A DNA stretch of 64,000 nucleotides from Elusimicrobiota bacterium (GTDB lineage Bacteria > Elusimicrobiota > Elusimicrobia > UBA1565), in the NCBI GenBank assembly GCA_043819795.1, contig JBDREN010000083.1:5298-69297 (forward strand). Reading direction: 5' to 3'. Below the pieces are notes generated by a model that saw only the letters and a list, made by a program, of their open reading frames with translations, made no database searches and was not told the DNA's origin. Position numbers and translations under genes: made by a program. Positions 45,338 through 55,197 of this stretch are shown here, in pieces. Position 1 is the first letter of the stretch. Each line of letters begins with the position of its first letter.

Positions 45338-46642
45338 ATGAGCCTGCTGCTCTACCAGATCGTATTCCCGCTGATCGGGCTCATGATCCTCGCGAGGATG
45401 CTGCTGGCGGGCAGAGGCGGCGCCATCAGGGAAGGGGCTCCGGACATCCGCCAGCGCCTCGGCCTGCTCTCGCCCGAGGAGCGGGCCCGCCTGGGCGACG
45501 GCCCCGTCGCGTGGTTCCACGCCGCCTCCGTCGGAGAGGTCCGGGCCGCGGCCCCCCTCCTGCGGATGCTCGCCGCGGCCGCGGACCGTCCCCGCATACT
45601 CGTGACGACGTCGACCGTCTCCGGGCGCGAGCACGCCCGGAAGCTCCCGGAGGTGGACCTCGCGGTCCTGGCGCCGATGGACTTTTTCCCCGCGGTGTCC
45701 GCCTTCCTGCGCCGCGCGCGGCCGCGCTCGCTCGTCCTCATCGAGACGGAGCTCTGGCCGATGACGCTGTGGGCCGCGCGCCGTCGCGGCATCCGCCTCG
45801 GCATCGCCAACGGACGCATCACGGAGCGGGCGTTCTCCCGCTACCGATGGATACGGGGCATCATGGCCCGCCTGCTCTCCGGTTTCGAGCGCGCCGCCGT
45901 GCAGACCGGCGCGGACGCCGAGCGCTACAAGGCCCTGGGATTGCCGCCGGCGGCGACGAAGCGGACCGGAAACTTGAAATACGACCAGCAGCTTCCCTCC
46001 GAAGAGGCCGTCGCCAAAGCCCGAGAGCGGCTCGCGGGCCTCGGCTGGGCCGAGGACCCGTGCTGGGTCGCCGGCAGCACGCGCCGCGGCGAGGAGGCCA
46101 TCGTGCTCGAGGCGCACAAGAAGGCCGTTCGCGAGATCCCCCGCCTGCGCCTCATCCTCGCCCCGCGGCATCCCGAACGCAGCCAGGAGGTCGAGAGCCT
46201 GCTGCGCGCCGGAGGCCTGCGCTGCGTGCGTTGGTCGCAGCTGCTCCCCTTCCAGGCGGACCCGGAATGCATCCTCATCGACGCCCTGGGCGTCCTCGGA
46301 TCCCTGTATCCGGTGGGGCGGGCGGCCTTCGTCGGCGGCACGCTGGTCCCGGTGGGCGGCCACAACCTGCTCGAGCCGGCCCTCGCGGGCGTCCCGGTCC
46401 TCTTCGGGCCCCACACCGCGTCCGTCCGAAAGGTCGCCCAGGAACTGGAGCGGTCCGGCGGCGGCCGGGTGGCCCAAGACGCCGCGGGGCTCGCGACGGC
46501 CCTCACGGACCTGCTCTTGAACGAGTCGGACCGCCGCGTCGCGGGAACGCGGGCCCGGCGGGCGGCCATGCGCTTCAGCGGGGCCACGGAGCGGACTTTC
46601 GAGCACCTCCGTCCCCTCCTCCTGCCGGAGAAAATGGTATAA
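45338..46642 (+). CDS. waaA: 3-deoxy-D-manno-octulosonic acid (Kdo) transferase
   Basis: WFHAASVGE motif, GT30 C-terminal domain. Confidence 0.85.
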   Translation: MSLLLYQIVFPLIGLMILARMLLAGRGGAIREGAPDIRQRLGLLSPEERARLGDGPVAWFHAASVGEVRAAAPLLRMLAAAADRPRILVTTSTVSGREHARKLPEVDLAVLAPMDFFPAVSAFLRRARPRSLVLIETELWPMTLWAARRRGIRLGIANGRITERAFSRYRWIRGIMARLLSGFERAAVQTGADAERYKALGLPPAATKRTGNLKYDQQLPSEEAVAKARERLAGLGWAEDPCWVAGSTRRGEEAIVLEAHKKAVREIPRLRLILAPRHPERSQEVESLLRAGGLRCVRWSQLLPFQADPECILIDALGVLGSLYPVGRAAFVGGTLVPVGGHNLLEPALAGVPVLFGPHTASVRKVAQELERSGGGRVAQDAAGLATALTDLLLNESDRRVAGTRARRAAMRFSGATERTFEHLRPLLLPEKMV

Positions 46643-46709
46643 TTCATCAGGTTTCTCCGTACGCGCGCCCGTACGCGAGCGTAGCGGCGGGGAATCTCGG
46701 CAGAAATCG

Positions 46710-48356
46710 ATGGCACGCCGCATCCTGGTCCTGCGTCTTTCCTCGCTGGGAGACGTGGTCCTTACCGCTCCGGTATACAAGAACCTCAAGGCGCACTGGC
46801 CGGAGGCACGCGTCTGCGTCCTCGTCAAGCCGCAGTTCGCTCCCGTCCTCGAGAACAACCCCTGCATCGACGAGGTTCTTCCGTATCGCGGCCTGCTGAA
46901 GACCCTGCGCGAGATCCGCCGCCGGGGATTCACCCATCTGCTCGACCTGCACGCCACGTGGCGCACTTTCTGGATCCGCCATCTGAGCGGCATCGCGAAC
47001 GTCTCGGTCTACCGCAAGAACGCGCTGGCCCGACGGCTCTACGTCCTTTTCCGCCGCTCCTCTCCCGTCCTCTTCAAGCACTCGCTCGACCGCTACCTCG
47101 AGAGCCTCGCGGCGTGGGGCGTCCCCGTCCGCCACCGCGACCTGGCCCTCGGCGATTACGGGAGCGTCCATGCGGGCAACGGAGCGCGCCCGAAGCCCGA
47201 CGCACAGCCCGAGACGCCCGGGGAAACGACTGAACGGCAAGAAAGAACACCCCCAGAAACAGAAACACGGACCCCCCGATCCCTCGCGCCCCCCCGCGGG
47301 GGGGGCGCGTATCGTGTCCTCATCGTGCAGACTTCGTTCCTCGGCGACGCCCTGTTGACGCTGCCCTTGGCGCGCCGCGTGGCCGAGATCATCGGCGGGT
47401 GCCGCATCAGCGTCCTGACCCGGCCCGAGACGGTCTCCGTCTTCCAGCGATCCCCCTGGATCGACGAGGTCATCGAAGACGACAAGCGCGGCGCCAGCGC
47501 GAGCGCGGCCGGACTGCTGAGGCTTGCGAGAGACCTGCGCGGGCGCGGGTTCGATCTGGCCCTCGTCGCCCACCGGAGCTTCCGCAGCGCGCTCCTGGCG
47601 TGGCTCGCCGGCATCCCCCACCGCATCGGCTTCACCTCCAGCGCGGGCTCGTTCCTTTTTCACCAGAAGGTGTTCTTCCCCTGGGGCATGCCGGATCTGG
47701 AGCGCAACCTCGCGCTGCTCCTTCCGCTCAAACCGGACCTGCGCGCCGACCGAGAGGATTCCCTCTACCTCGCCTCCGCGAAAAACTCTCGGGCCATCGC
47801 CGCCCGTCTGGCCGAGAGCGGCATCGGCCCCGGAGACCGGCTCGTCGGCATCCACCCCGGCTCGGTATGGCCGACGAAACGGTGGCTGCCCGAGCGCTAC
47901 GCTCTCCTCGTCAATCGTCTGGTCAGGGAGGCCGGCGTCCGCGTCGTCATCGTGGGGGGCCCCGGAGACCGTGAGCTCGCCGGGCGCATCGCCCGAGCGG
48001 CGGACGTCGCGGCCCTCGACTGGACCGGAAAGACGACGCTGCCCGAGCTGCTCGAGCTGGCCGGACGCCTGAGCCTGCTCGTGACCAACGACTCCGGTCC
48101 GATGCATATCACGGCCGCCCACGGCGTTGCGACCCTCGCGATCTTCGGACCGACGACCCGCGAGCTCGGGTTCTTCCCGTACGGGGAAGGGCACCGCGTC
48201 CTGGAGGCCGACCTCGCGTGCCGCCCCTGCGGCCTGCACGGCAGCCGCGCCTGCCCCGAGGGGCATTTCCTCTGCATGGGCCTGATCAGCGTGGACGAAG
48301 CCTATCGCAACGCCGTCGAGCTCCTCGAAGGCGTCGCGGCGAAAGAACCGGCATGA
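46710..48356 (+). CDS. GT9 heptosyltransferase-like protein with duplicated N-terminal domain (aa 1-170 = extra N-domain; 190-548 = complete GT9), joined by T/E/P-rich linker
   Basis: RILVLRLSSLGDVVLTAPVYK and RVLIVQTSFLGDALLTLPLAR both match GT9 N-domain start; single C-domain GPTTRELGFFP. Confidence 0.75.
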   Translation: MARRILVLRLSSLGDVVLTAPVYKNLKAHWPEARVCVLVKPQFAPVLENNPCIDEVLPYRGLLKTLREIRRRGFTHLLDLHATWRTFWIRHLSGIANVSVYRKNALARRLYVLFRRSSPVLFKHSLDRYLESLAAWGVPVRHRDLALGDYGSVHAGNGARPKPDAQPETPGETTERQERTPPETETRTPRSLAPPRGGGAYRVLIVQTSFLGDALLTLPLARRVAEIIGGCRISVLTRPETVSVFQRSPWIDEVIEDDKRGASASAAGLLRLARDLRGRGFDLALVAHRSFRSALLAWLAGIPHRIGFTSSAGSFLFHQKVFFPWGMPDLERNLALLLPLKPDLRADREDSLYLASAKNSRAIAARLAESGIGPGDRLVGIHPGSVWPTKRWLPERYALLVNRLVREAGVRVVIVGGPGDRELAGRIARAADVAALDWTGKTTLPELLELAGRLSLLVTNDSGPMHITAAHGVATLAIFGPTTRELGFFPYGEGHRVLEADLACRPCGLHGSRACPEGHFLCMGLISVDEAYRNAVELLEGVAAKEPA

Positions 48357-49495
48357 GGATCCTGCACATCATCGACGAACCCTACGATAGCGGGATCGTG
48401 CAGTACGCGCTCAAGGCCGCCGAGGGCCTGATGCGGCGGGGCCACGCCTGCCGCGTCTGGGGCCTGAAGGGATGCTATCCGCTTCTGGAAGCGCGGCGTC
48501 GCGGCATAGGGGCCGACGGCTACTCGCACCCCTGGCTGAACCTGGCGGTCCTGCGCCGGTCGCTCCGCATCCAGGGGCTGGACCTCGTCGTCGCGCATAC
48601 GGGCTCCGCCCACACGCTGGCCGTCGCGGCGGCCGCCTGGCACCGGGGCCCCGGGACGCGCCGGAGCTCCGCCGCCTCGTCCTCGGCGAGCGGACCGGTC
48701 CCGGCGGACGGAGGCGGAGGCTACCTCCCCGTCGTACGCACGCGCGGTGACGCCCGGCCGCAGAGCAGGCGTCCCGGTGGGCGCCTGCTCTGGAGCCGGA
48801 CATCCGGGTTCGTGGCGGCCAACCGCCGCATCCTCGATGAGCACTCCCGGCTCTACGGACGCCCGGACCTGCACGCGGCCGTCGTGTACGAGGGGCGCGA
48901 GGATCCCGGCCCGCCACGCCCGCCGGCGCGGGGCGCGCCGACCGTCGGCATCGTGGCCCGGCTCGACCCCGTCAAGGGCCACCGCTGCTTTCTCGAGGCG
49001 GCAGCCCGCGTCCTCAGGGAGTGCCCCGACGCGCGGTTCCTCGTCGTCGGGCGCCAGGAGAACGTGCGCGCGGCGGACCTGCTCGGCCACGCCCGGCGCC
49101 TCGGGCTCGCGGACCGCCTGGACCTGACCGGACACGTCCCCGACGCGCTCGAATTCATGCGGCGCTGCCACGTGGGGGTCGTGGCCTCGACCGGCTCCGA
49201 AGCCGTCTCTCGCTCCGCCGTCGAGTGGATGGCGGTGGGGAGGCCGCTGGTCGCGACGAAGGTCGGCTGCCTTCCCGAATACGTGATCGAAGGCGAGACC
49301 GGCTTTCTCGTGCCGCCGGGGGACGCGCCGGCGCTGGCGCGCGCGACCGGCCGTCTGGTGCGCGACGCGTTCCTGCGCGAGCGCATGGGACAGGCCGGGC
49401 GCCGGCGCTACGAGTCCCGCTTCACGCTGGAGCGATTCCTGGATGAGACGGAGCGCCTCTATGGCGAAACGATTCACGCTGTTCCATCTCGATAG
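48353..49495 (+). CDS. glycosyltransferase family 4 (with low-complexity insertion in N-domain)
   Basis: ATGA overlap with upstream stop; C-terminal E..G.PLVATKVGCLPEYV GT4 motif. Confidence 0.75.
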   Translation: MRILHIIDEPYDSGIVQYALKAAEGLMRRGHACRVWGLKGCYPLLEARRRGIGADGYSHPWLNLAVLRRSLRIQGLDLVVAHTGSAHTLAVAAAAWHRGPGTRRSSAASSSASGPVPADGGGGYLPVVRTRGDARPQSRRPGGRLLWSRTSGFVAANRRILDEHSRLYGRPDLHAAVVYEGREDPGPPRPPARGAPTVGIVARLDPVKGHRCFLEAAARVLRECPDARFLVVGRQENVRAADLLGHARRLGLADRLDLTGHVPDALEFMRRCHVGVVASTGSEAVSRSAVEWMAVGRPLVATKVGCLPEYVIEGETGFLVPPGDAPALARATGRLVRDAFLRERMGQAGRRRYESRFTLERFLDETERLYGETIHAVPSR

Positions 49496-50609
49496 CGAAC
49501 GCGGCTTCCGCGGCGGCGAGCGCCAGCTCCTGTATCTGGCCGCTCATCTGCGCGCCCGGGGTCACGAGAACGTCGTGGTCTGCCGGGGACGCGAGGCCCT
49601 CGAGGCCGAGGCCCGCCGCCAGCGCTTCCGAACGATGCGCCTACCCTTCCTCGGCGAATGGGACCCGGTCTCCGCGTGGCGGCTCCGGAGGGCGTCCCGG
49701 TCGGCGCGGCACGCCCCCGTGCTCCACGCCCACACCGCTCACGCCGCCGCCCTCGCCTACCTGGCGTCGCGCTTCGGAGGTCCCCCGTGGGTGGCGCACC
49801 GCCGCGTCGACTTCCACCTCAACGGCTCGCTCAGCCGCCGTCTCAAATACGACACCGCGCCCCGCGTGATCGCCGTCTCCGAGAGCATCCGCCGCATCCT
49901 GGTCGCCGACGGAATGGAGGGCTCGCGCATCACGGTCGTCCCGGACTGCATTCCTCTCACTGACGATGAGGCGCGCCTCGCGGGTCTCGACGCCGGTCCG
50001 ATGCGCCGGGCCACCCGCTCGGAAACCGCCGCCATACGCCGTCCCCTCGCCGAGAACCTGGGCCTTCCCGAGACCGGGCCCTGGATCGGCAACCTGGCGG
50101 CCCACGTTCCGCACAAGGACCAGGCGACCCTGATACGAAGCCTGCCTTCTGTGCTGAAGGCGCTGCCGAAAGCGCGCCTGCTGCTCGTGGGCGACGGCCC
50201 TCTCCGGACGGAGCTCGAGGCGCTGGCTCGGTCGCTGGGCGTCGAATCGGCCGTCCGCTTCGCCGGCCACCAGAGCGATCCGGCGCCGTGGCTGAGCTGC
50301 CTCGACGTCTACGTCCAGTCGTCCTGGGGAGAGGGGATGGGATCGGTGCTTCTCGAGGCGATGGCCTGCGGCGTCCCGATCGTCGCGACGACGGCGGGAG
50401 GGATACCCGAGGTGATCGAGCACGGGCGCAGCGGGCTCCTCGTGCCCCCGCGCGATCCGGAGCGAATGGCGGGTGCGATCGTCGACTCCTTGCTCGATCC
50501 CGAAAGCGCCCGGCGCAGGGCGGACGCGGCGGCCGAGGATCTGAAGTCTTTCGGCCTCAGCCGCGTCGGTGACCGCATGATCGCGCTCTATCGCGAGGTG
50601 ACGGAGTGA
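49461..50609 (+). CDS. glycosyltransferase family 4
   Basis: GEGMGSVLLEAMACGVPIVATTAGGIPEVI. Confidence 0.75.
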   Translation: MAKRFTLFHLDSERGFRGGERQLLYLAAHLRARGHENVVVCRGREALEAEARRQRFRTMRLPFLGEWDPVSAWRLRRASRSARHAPVLHAHTAHAAALAYLASRFGGPPWVAHRRVDFHLNGSLSRRLKYDTAPRVIAVSESIRRILVADGMEGSRITVVPDCIPLTDDEARLAGLDAGPMRRATRSETAAIRRPLAENLGLPETGPWIGNLAAHVPHKDQATLIRSLPSVLKALPKARLLLVGDGPLRTELEALARSLGVESAVRFAGHQSDPAPWLSCLDVYVQSSWGEGMGSVLLEAMACGVPIVATTAGGIPEVIEHGRSGLLVPPRDPERMAGAIVDSLLDPESARRRADAAAEDLKSFGLSRVGDRMIALYREVTE

Positions 50610-50719
50610 CCGAGCATAGCGCGGTTTCGGCTGCGTGCCTCAGCCATTCCCTCGCGTTTGGCCGCAAACGCTTCGGTCACAGGAATGGTCGCGTCGATCG
50701 CCGCGGGAGGCGACCATGA
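50606..50719 (+). repeat. 114-nt long form of SD/start-bearing intergenic repeat: mini-ORF GTG..TGA (37 codons) whose GTG overlaps upstream GT4 stop (GTGA) and whose TGA overlaps downstream GT2 ATG (ATGA)
   Basis: Near-identical to 59231-59344; internal hairpins GCGTTTG-gccg-CAAACGC and ATGGTCGC..GCGACCAT; GGGAGG 6 nt before ATG 50716. Confidence 0.7.
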
Positions 50720-51519
50720 AGCCGAAGCTGAGCGTCATCGTCATCGCCCGCGACGAGGAGCGAGACCTGCCGGCCTGCCTCGAGAGCGTGCGGGGCCTCG
50801 ACGCCGAGATCATCGTCCTGGACAGCGGCTCGACCGACCGCACGCGCGAGATCGCCCGCCGGTTCACGCCCCATGTCTTCCAGCAGCCCTTCCGGGACTT
50901 CGGCTCCCAGAAACAGTCGGCCTTGGAACGCGCCTCGGGCGAATGGGTCCTCTCTATCGACGCCGACGAACGCCTGAGCGGCGAGCTGCGCCTGGAGATC
51001 GCCCGCCTGATCGAGTCCCCCCCGGGCGGCGTCTCCGGCTACGACATCCCTTTCGAGGTCCACTTCATGGGCCGCCGCCTCCGGTTCGGCGGCCTGGGCC
51101 GGGAGCGGCACCTGCGCCTGTTCCGGCGCGGGGCCGGGGTCTTCACCGGAAACCACCTTCACGAGGGCGTCTCCGTCACGGGGGCGACGGCGCGCGCGGG
51201 CGCGCCGATCCGGCACATCCCCTACCGGGACCTCGACGACTATCTGGGGAAGCTGCGCGTCTACACGACCCGGGCCGCCCGCAAGAGATTCGACCAGGGG
51301 CGGAGGTTCCACCCGCTCCACCACCTGCTGCCGCTTTGGGAGTTCTTCCTGCGCGTCGTGGTGAGGCTCGGGATGCTGGACGGGACCCCCGGCCTGCTTT
51401 GGGCGGGGCTCTCTTCGTTCCATACGTGGATCAAATACGTGAAGCTGCGCGAGATCGCGGAGGAGCCCGGAAGCCTTCCACGCCTGGGTCCCGCGAGCAA
51501 GGGCGAGAGGAAGCGGTGA
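50716..51519 (+). CDS. glycosyltransferase family 2; C-terminal 15 aa encoded by a copy of the 45-nt repeat (51468-51514)
   Basis: SVIVIARDEERDLPACLESV...DADE; C-terminus PGSLPRLGPASKGERKR. Confidence 0.8.
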   Translation: MKPKLSVIVIARDEERDLPACLESVRGLDAEIIVLDSGSTDRTREIARRFTPHVFQQPFRDFGSQKQSALERASGEWVLSIDADERLSGELRLEIARLIESPPGGVSGYDIPFEVHFMGRRLRFGGLGRERHLRLFRRGAGVFTGNHLHEGVSVTGATARAGAPIRHIPYRDLDDYLGKLRVYTTRAARKRFDQGRRFHPLHHLLPLWEFFLRVVVRLGMLDGTPGLLWAGLSSFHTWIKYVKLREIAEEPGSLPRLGPASKGERKR

Positions 51520-52334
51520 CCGGCCTTTATCTGGTGGCCGGCGGCATCGGAGCCATCTCGGCGGCGGCGGTCTCGGCCCGCTGGAACTGGTGGCGGCCGC
51601 GCGCGCACGGCCTTCCGGTGCTGATGTACCATAGGATCGGAGACCCCCCCGCGGGCAGCCGGCTGAAGAAGCTCTGGGTCCGCCTCGCGGATTTCCGCTG
51701 GCAGATGGAGCACCTGCTTCGCGACGGCTACACGCCGCTGCTCTTCTCCGAGCTGGAGGCCCTGGAGGCCGGGAAGAGCCCGAAGCCGCCCCGGCCGGTC
51801 ATCATCACCTTCGACGACGGCACGGCCGACAACTACGAGCTCGCCTTTCCGGCGCTGCGGGAGCTCGACGTCAAGGCGAACATCTTCCTGGTCTGCGACG
51901 CGGTCGGCGGACACAACTCCTGGGAGGACCCGGCCGTGGGCCCTTGGCAGCGGATGCTGAGCTGGGGACGGGTCCTGGAGATGCAGGAGTCGGGACTCGT
52001 CGAGTTCGGCTCCCATACCATGAGCCACCGCGACCTGGCGCGGCTGCCTGTGGAGGAAGCCCGCTGGGAGGTCCGTGAATCGAAAAAGCGGCTGGAGGAC
52101 CGGCTCGGCCGGCCGGTGACGGCGTTCGCTTATCCCTACGGCTCCGGCGCCCGCGTCCCGGAGCTGCGCGCCGCGGTCCGCGAGGCCGGCTATCGCTACG
52201 ACTACGGGATCCGGCAGGGGATATCCCCATGGCCCGACGGCCGGGATGAGGCCGCCAAACGCCTGCTGATCCGCGGCGACGATCTCCGGATCGACTTCCG
52301 CCTCAACCTGACCCGCGGGAGGGCACGCCTCTGA
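51516..52334 (+). CDS. polysaccharide deacetylase (NodB-homology) family protein with N-terminal TM; GTG start overlapping GT2 stop (GTGA)
   Basis: VIITFDDGTADNYELAFPAL, SHTMSHRDL, FAYPYG motifs. Confidence 0.75.
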   Translation: MTGLYLVAGGIGAISAAAVSARWNWWRPRAHGLPVLMYHRIGDPPAGSRLKKLWVRLADFRWQMEHLLRDGYTPLLFSELEALEAGKSPKPPRPVIITFDDGTADNYELAFPALRELDVKANIFLVCDAVGGHNSWEDPAVGPWQRMLSWGRVLEMQESGLVEFGSHTMSHRDLARLPVEEARWEVRESKKRLEDRLGRPVTAFAYPYGSGARVPELRAAVREAGYRYDYGIRQGISPWPDGRDEAAKRLLIRGDDLRIDFRLNLTRGRARL

Positions 52335-53413
52335 TGCATCCTCCCCGCAGGATACTCGTCATCATGCTTCGCCGCATCGGCGACGTGATCCTCACGACCC
52401 CCGCGGTCCGCGCCCTGCGCCGGCTTTATCCCGACGCCGTCATCGACTTCCTCGTCGAGCCCCCCGCGCACGAGCTGCTGGCCGGCGATCCGGACATCTC
52501 GAACGTCCTCGTCTACGGAGGCGCGGATCTTCCGTTAAGGAGAGGGCTTCCTCGCACGCTGCGTGCGCTTTGGGATTACGTATACTGGCCGTGGCGCGTA
52601 TTCCGCTCGCGATACGACTGGGTCATCGATTTCATGGGCAATCCCCGCACCGCGGTGCTGACGTTCCTGAGCCGGGCCGGGGTCCGGGCCGGGCCGGGGC
52701 GCGTCTCGCACCGATGGGCGTACACTCATCGGCTCCGGCAGCCCTCCGAAGCGTGCTACGGCGCCCTCGAGAAGATCCGCATGCTGCGCTCGCTCGGGCT
52801 CGACCCGGACGAGTCGGACGCCCTTCCGCGCCTGAGCCCGGACCCGAGTTCCGAGGAGTTCGCGCGCGCCACGCTCAACCGCCTGCCGGAACCCGCGGGG
52901 CCGCTGATCGGCGTCGTCCCCGCCTCCCGCCGCGTCACCCGCCGGTGGCCGGCCGAATCCTTCGCGCGGCTCGGCCGGATGCTGCGCGACCGGCACGGGG
53001 CGAGCCTGCTGGTATTCTGGGGGCCCGGCGAGCGGGAGCTCGCGCGCAGGGTCCGCGACGGGATCGGCGAGGGGGCGCACCTTTCCCCGGAGACGAAGAG
53101 CCTGCGGGAGCTCGCCGCGCTCGTCGGACGTTGCCGGTTGGTGGTGACGAACTGCAACGGCCCCAAGCACATCGCGGTCGGCCGCGGCGTGCCCACGCTC
53201 ACGATCCACGGATCCAGCGACCCCGTGTCCTGGACGCCCATGGGCGATGTCCGCCATCGCGCGTCCCGGCTCGACCTGCTCCACTGCATCGGCTGCAGGC
53301 GCAACCGCTGCCCGTATTCGCTTGAATGCATGACGGAGCTGACGGCCGAGCAGGTCTGCACGACCGCCGAGAATCTCCTGAGATTGACCGGCAACGGAAG
53401 GCTGCCCGGATGA
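52334..53413 (+). CDS. glycosyltransferase family 9 (heptosyltransferase-like)
   Basis: RILVIMLRRIGDVILTTPAVRAL; NCNGPKHIAVGRGVPTLTIHG. Confidence 0.8.
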   Translation: MHPPRRILVIMLRRIGDVILTTPAVRALRRLYPDAVIDFLVEPPAHELLAGDPDISNVLVYGGADLPLRRGLPRTLRALWDYVYWPWRVFRSRYDWVIDFMGNPRTAVLTFLSRAGVRAGPGRVSHRWAYTHRLRQPSEACYGALEKIRMLRSLGLDPDESDALPRLSPDPSSEEFARATLNRLPEPAGPLIGVVPASRRVTRRWPAESFARLGRMLRDRHGASLLVFWGPGERELARRVRDGIGEGAHLSPETKSLRELAALVGRCRLVVTNCNGPKHIAVGRGVPTLTIHGSSDPVSWTPMGDVRHRASRLDLLHCIGCRRNRCPYSLECMTELTAEQVCTTAENLLRLTGNGRLPG

Positions 53414-54558
53414 GGCCCGAGGCGCTCCGCAATCGGATCCAGGCCCACGCCGCGGGAAGGCTATTGCTCGGCGCGCTCGCGCTCCTCTACGGCGCGGCGG
53501 TCCTGCTGCGCAACATCCTGTACTGGCTCCGCCTGCTTCCGAGCAGGAAGCTGCCGGTCAGGACGGTCTGCGTCGGCAACCTGACGACCGGCGGGACCGG
53601 GAAGACGAGCGCCGTGCTCCTGGCGGCGCAGACGCTGCACAAGAAACAGGTGAGTACGGCCATCCTCAGCCGGGGCTACGGCCGCCGGCGCAAGGCGCGC
53701 GACGTCCAGGTCCTGCTCAACACGCAAAGCGCGCGCTGGGAGGAGACCGGGGACGAGCCCTGGATGATGCACCGCGCCCTGAAGGGCACCGCCATCCCGA
53801 TCCTCATCTCGTCGGACCGCTGTCGCGCCGGCGACACGGCCCTGACCTACTACAAGCCGCAGGTGCTCCTGCTCGACGACGGCTTCCAGCACCGCAAGCT
53901 GCGGCGGGACCTCGACATCGTCCTCATCAACGCCATCAACCCCTTCGGGGGAGGCAAGCTGCTGCCGGCCGGGAACCTGCGCGAACCCCTGCGCGCCCTG
54001 CGGCGCGCCGGGCTGGCCGTCATCACCCACGCGGATCAGGTCCCGTCGCGGCGTCTCGCCGAGATCCGCGAGACGATCAATGGGTACAATCCCAAGCTCC
54101 CGGTGCTCGAGGCGATCCACCGCGCCGACTTCCTTCTCGACCTGAAGCGCGACCGCAGACGGCGGCTCTCCCACATCAAGAAGAAGGCGGTGGCCTGTTT
54201 CTCCGGGATCGGGGACCCCCGCCCCTTCGAGGAACAGCTGCGCCGTATCGGGTCCCGCCTGATCCAGACATGGCGCTATCCCGACCACCACCCGTACACC
54301 CTCGACGAGCTTCGCTCGATCGAGAGCCTCCGCCGCGGGCTCCCGGTCCTCACCACGTTCAAGGACTTCCCCCGGCTGCCGCCCGGCTGGCAGGAGATCC
54401 TGCGCGGAGAGGTCCTGGCGCTGGGCATACGCATGGAGATCACGAAGGGGCGGCCCTTGTGGGAGGAGGCCCTCTGGCCCCCCCCCGCGAGCGCGAAGCG
54501 CCCGCAAGATCACAAGCCCGCTAGCGAAAAAGGCCGGGAAAAGGATAAGACATCATGA
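53410..54558 (+). CDS. lpxK: tetraacyldisaccharide 4'-kinase
   Basis: VGNLTTGGTGKT P-loop; ATGA overlap. Confidence 0.85.
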   Translation: MRPEALRNRIQAHAAGRLLLGALALLYGAAVLLRNILYWLRLLPSRKLPVRTVCVGNLTTGGTGKTSAVLLAAQTLHKKQVSTAILSRGYGRRRKARDVQVLLNTQSARWEETGDEPWMMHRALKGTAIPILISSDRCRAGDTALTYYKPQVLLLDDGFQHRKLRRDLDIVLINAINPFGGGKLLPAGNLREPLRALRRAGLAVITHADQVPSRRLAEIRETINGYNPKLPVLEAIHRADFLLDLKRDRRRRLSHIKKKAVACFSGIGDPRPFEEQLRRIGSRLIQTWRYPDHHPYTLDELRSIESLRRGLPVLTTFKDFPRLPPGWQEILRGEVLALGIRMEITKGRPLWEEALWPPPASAKRPQDHKPASEKGREKDKTS

Positions 54559-55169
54559 GACCCAGATCACCCCGAAAGCCGTCCCCCCGTACCGGGGCCG
54601 CGCCCCGCTCGCCCGTGGTATTCCTGGACCGCGACGGCACAATCATCCACGACCGGCCGGGGTTCTACCTCAAGCGGCCGGAGCAGTTGCGCCTCTACGC
54701 CAGCACCCCGCCGGCGCTGCGACTGCTTCGCGACGCCGGTTACCGCCTCGTCGTGCTCTCCAATCAGAGCGGCATCGGCCGCGGCTTCCTCGACCACGCG
54801 ACGCTGGCGCGCATCCATCGCCGGTTGCTGAGCGCGTTGCGCCGCCGCGGAGCGGACCTCGACGCGATCTACTTCTGCCCGCACCATCCCGCCGACGGGT
54901 GCCGCTGCCGCAAGCCCTCGCCGGTGCTGGCCCGACGGGCCCTCCGGGAGAACCACATCACGCTCAGGGGTTCCGTCGTCGTCGGCGACAAGAAGGCGGA
55001 CATCGACCTGGCGCGCGCGATCGGCATCCCGTCGGTGCTGCTCAAGACCGGCCACGGCCGGGAGCAGCGCGCCATGTTCGGGCGAAGACTGAGGCCGACC
55101 CACGTGGCGCGCGACATCCTAGGCGCCGCTCGATGGATATTGAAGTCCGTGCCGAGGCCCCCGCGGTGA
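54555..55169 (+). CDS. gmhB: D-glycero-D-manno-heptose 1,7-bisphosphate phosphatase
   Basis: FLDRDGTI, HAD motifs, zinc site CRCRKP; ATGA overlap. Confidence 0.85.
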   Translation: MRPRSPRKPSPRTGAAPRSPVVFLDRDGTIIHDRPGFYLKRPEQLRLYASTPPALRLLRDAGYRLVVLSNQSGIGRGFLDHATLARIHRRLLSALRRRGADLDAIYFCPHHPADGCRCRKPSPVLARRALRENHITLRGSVVVGDKKADIDLARAIGIPSVLLKTGHGREQRAMFGRRLRPTHVARDILGAARWILKSVPRPPR

Positions 55170-55197
55170 CGCCCCGCATTCGAACGGTCCGCCCGCG

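Noticed and set aside
50658-52334. 558-aa ORF call
   Set aside because: N-terminal 285 aa are alternate-frame read-through of the GT2 gene; the deacetylase begins at GTG 51516.
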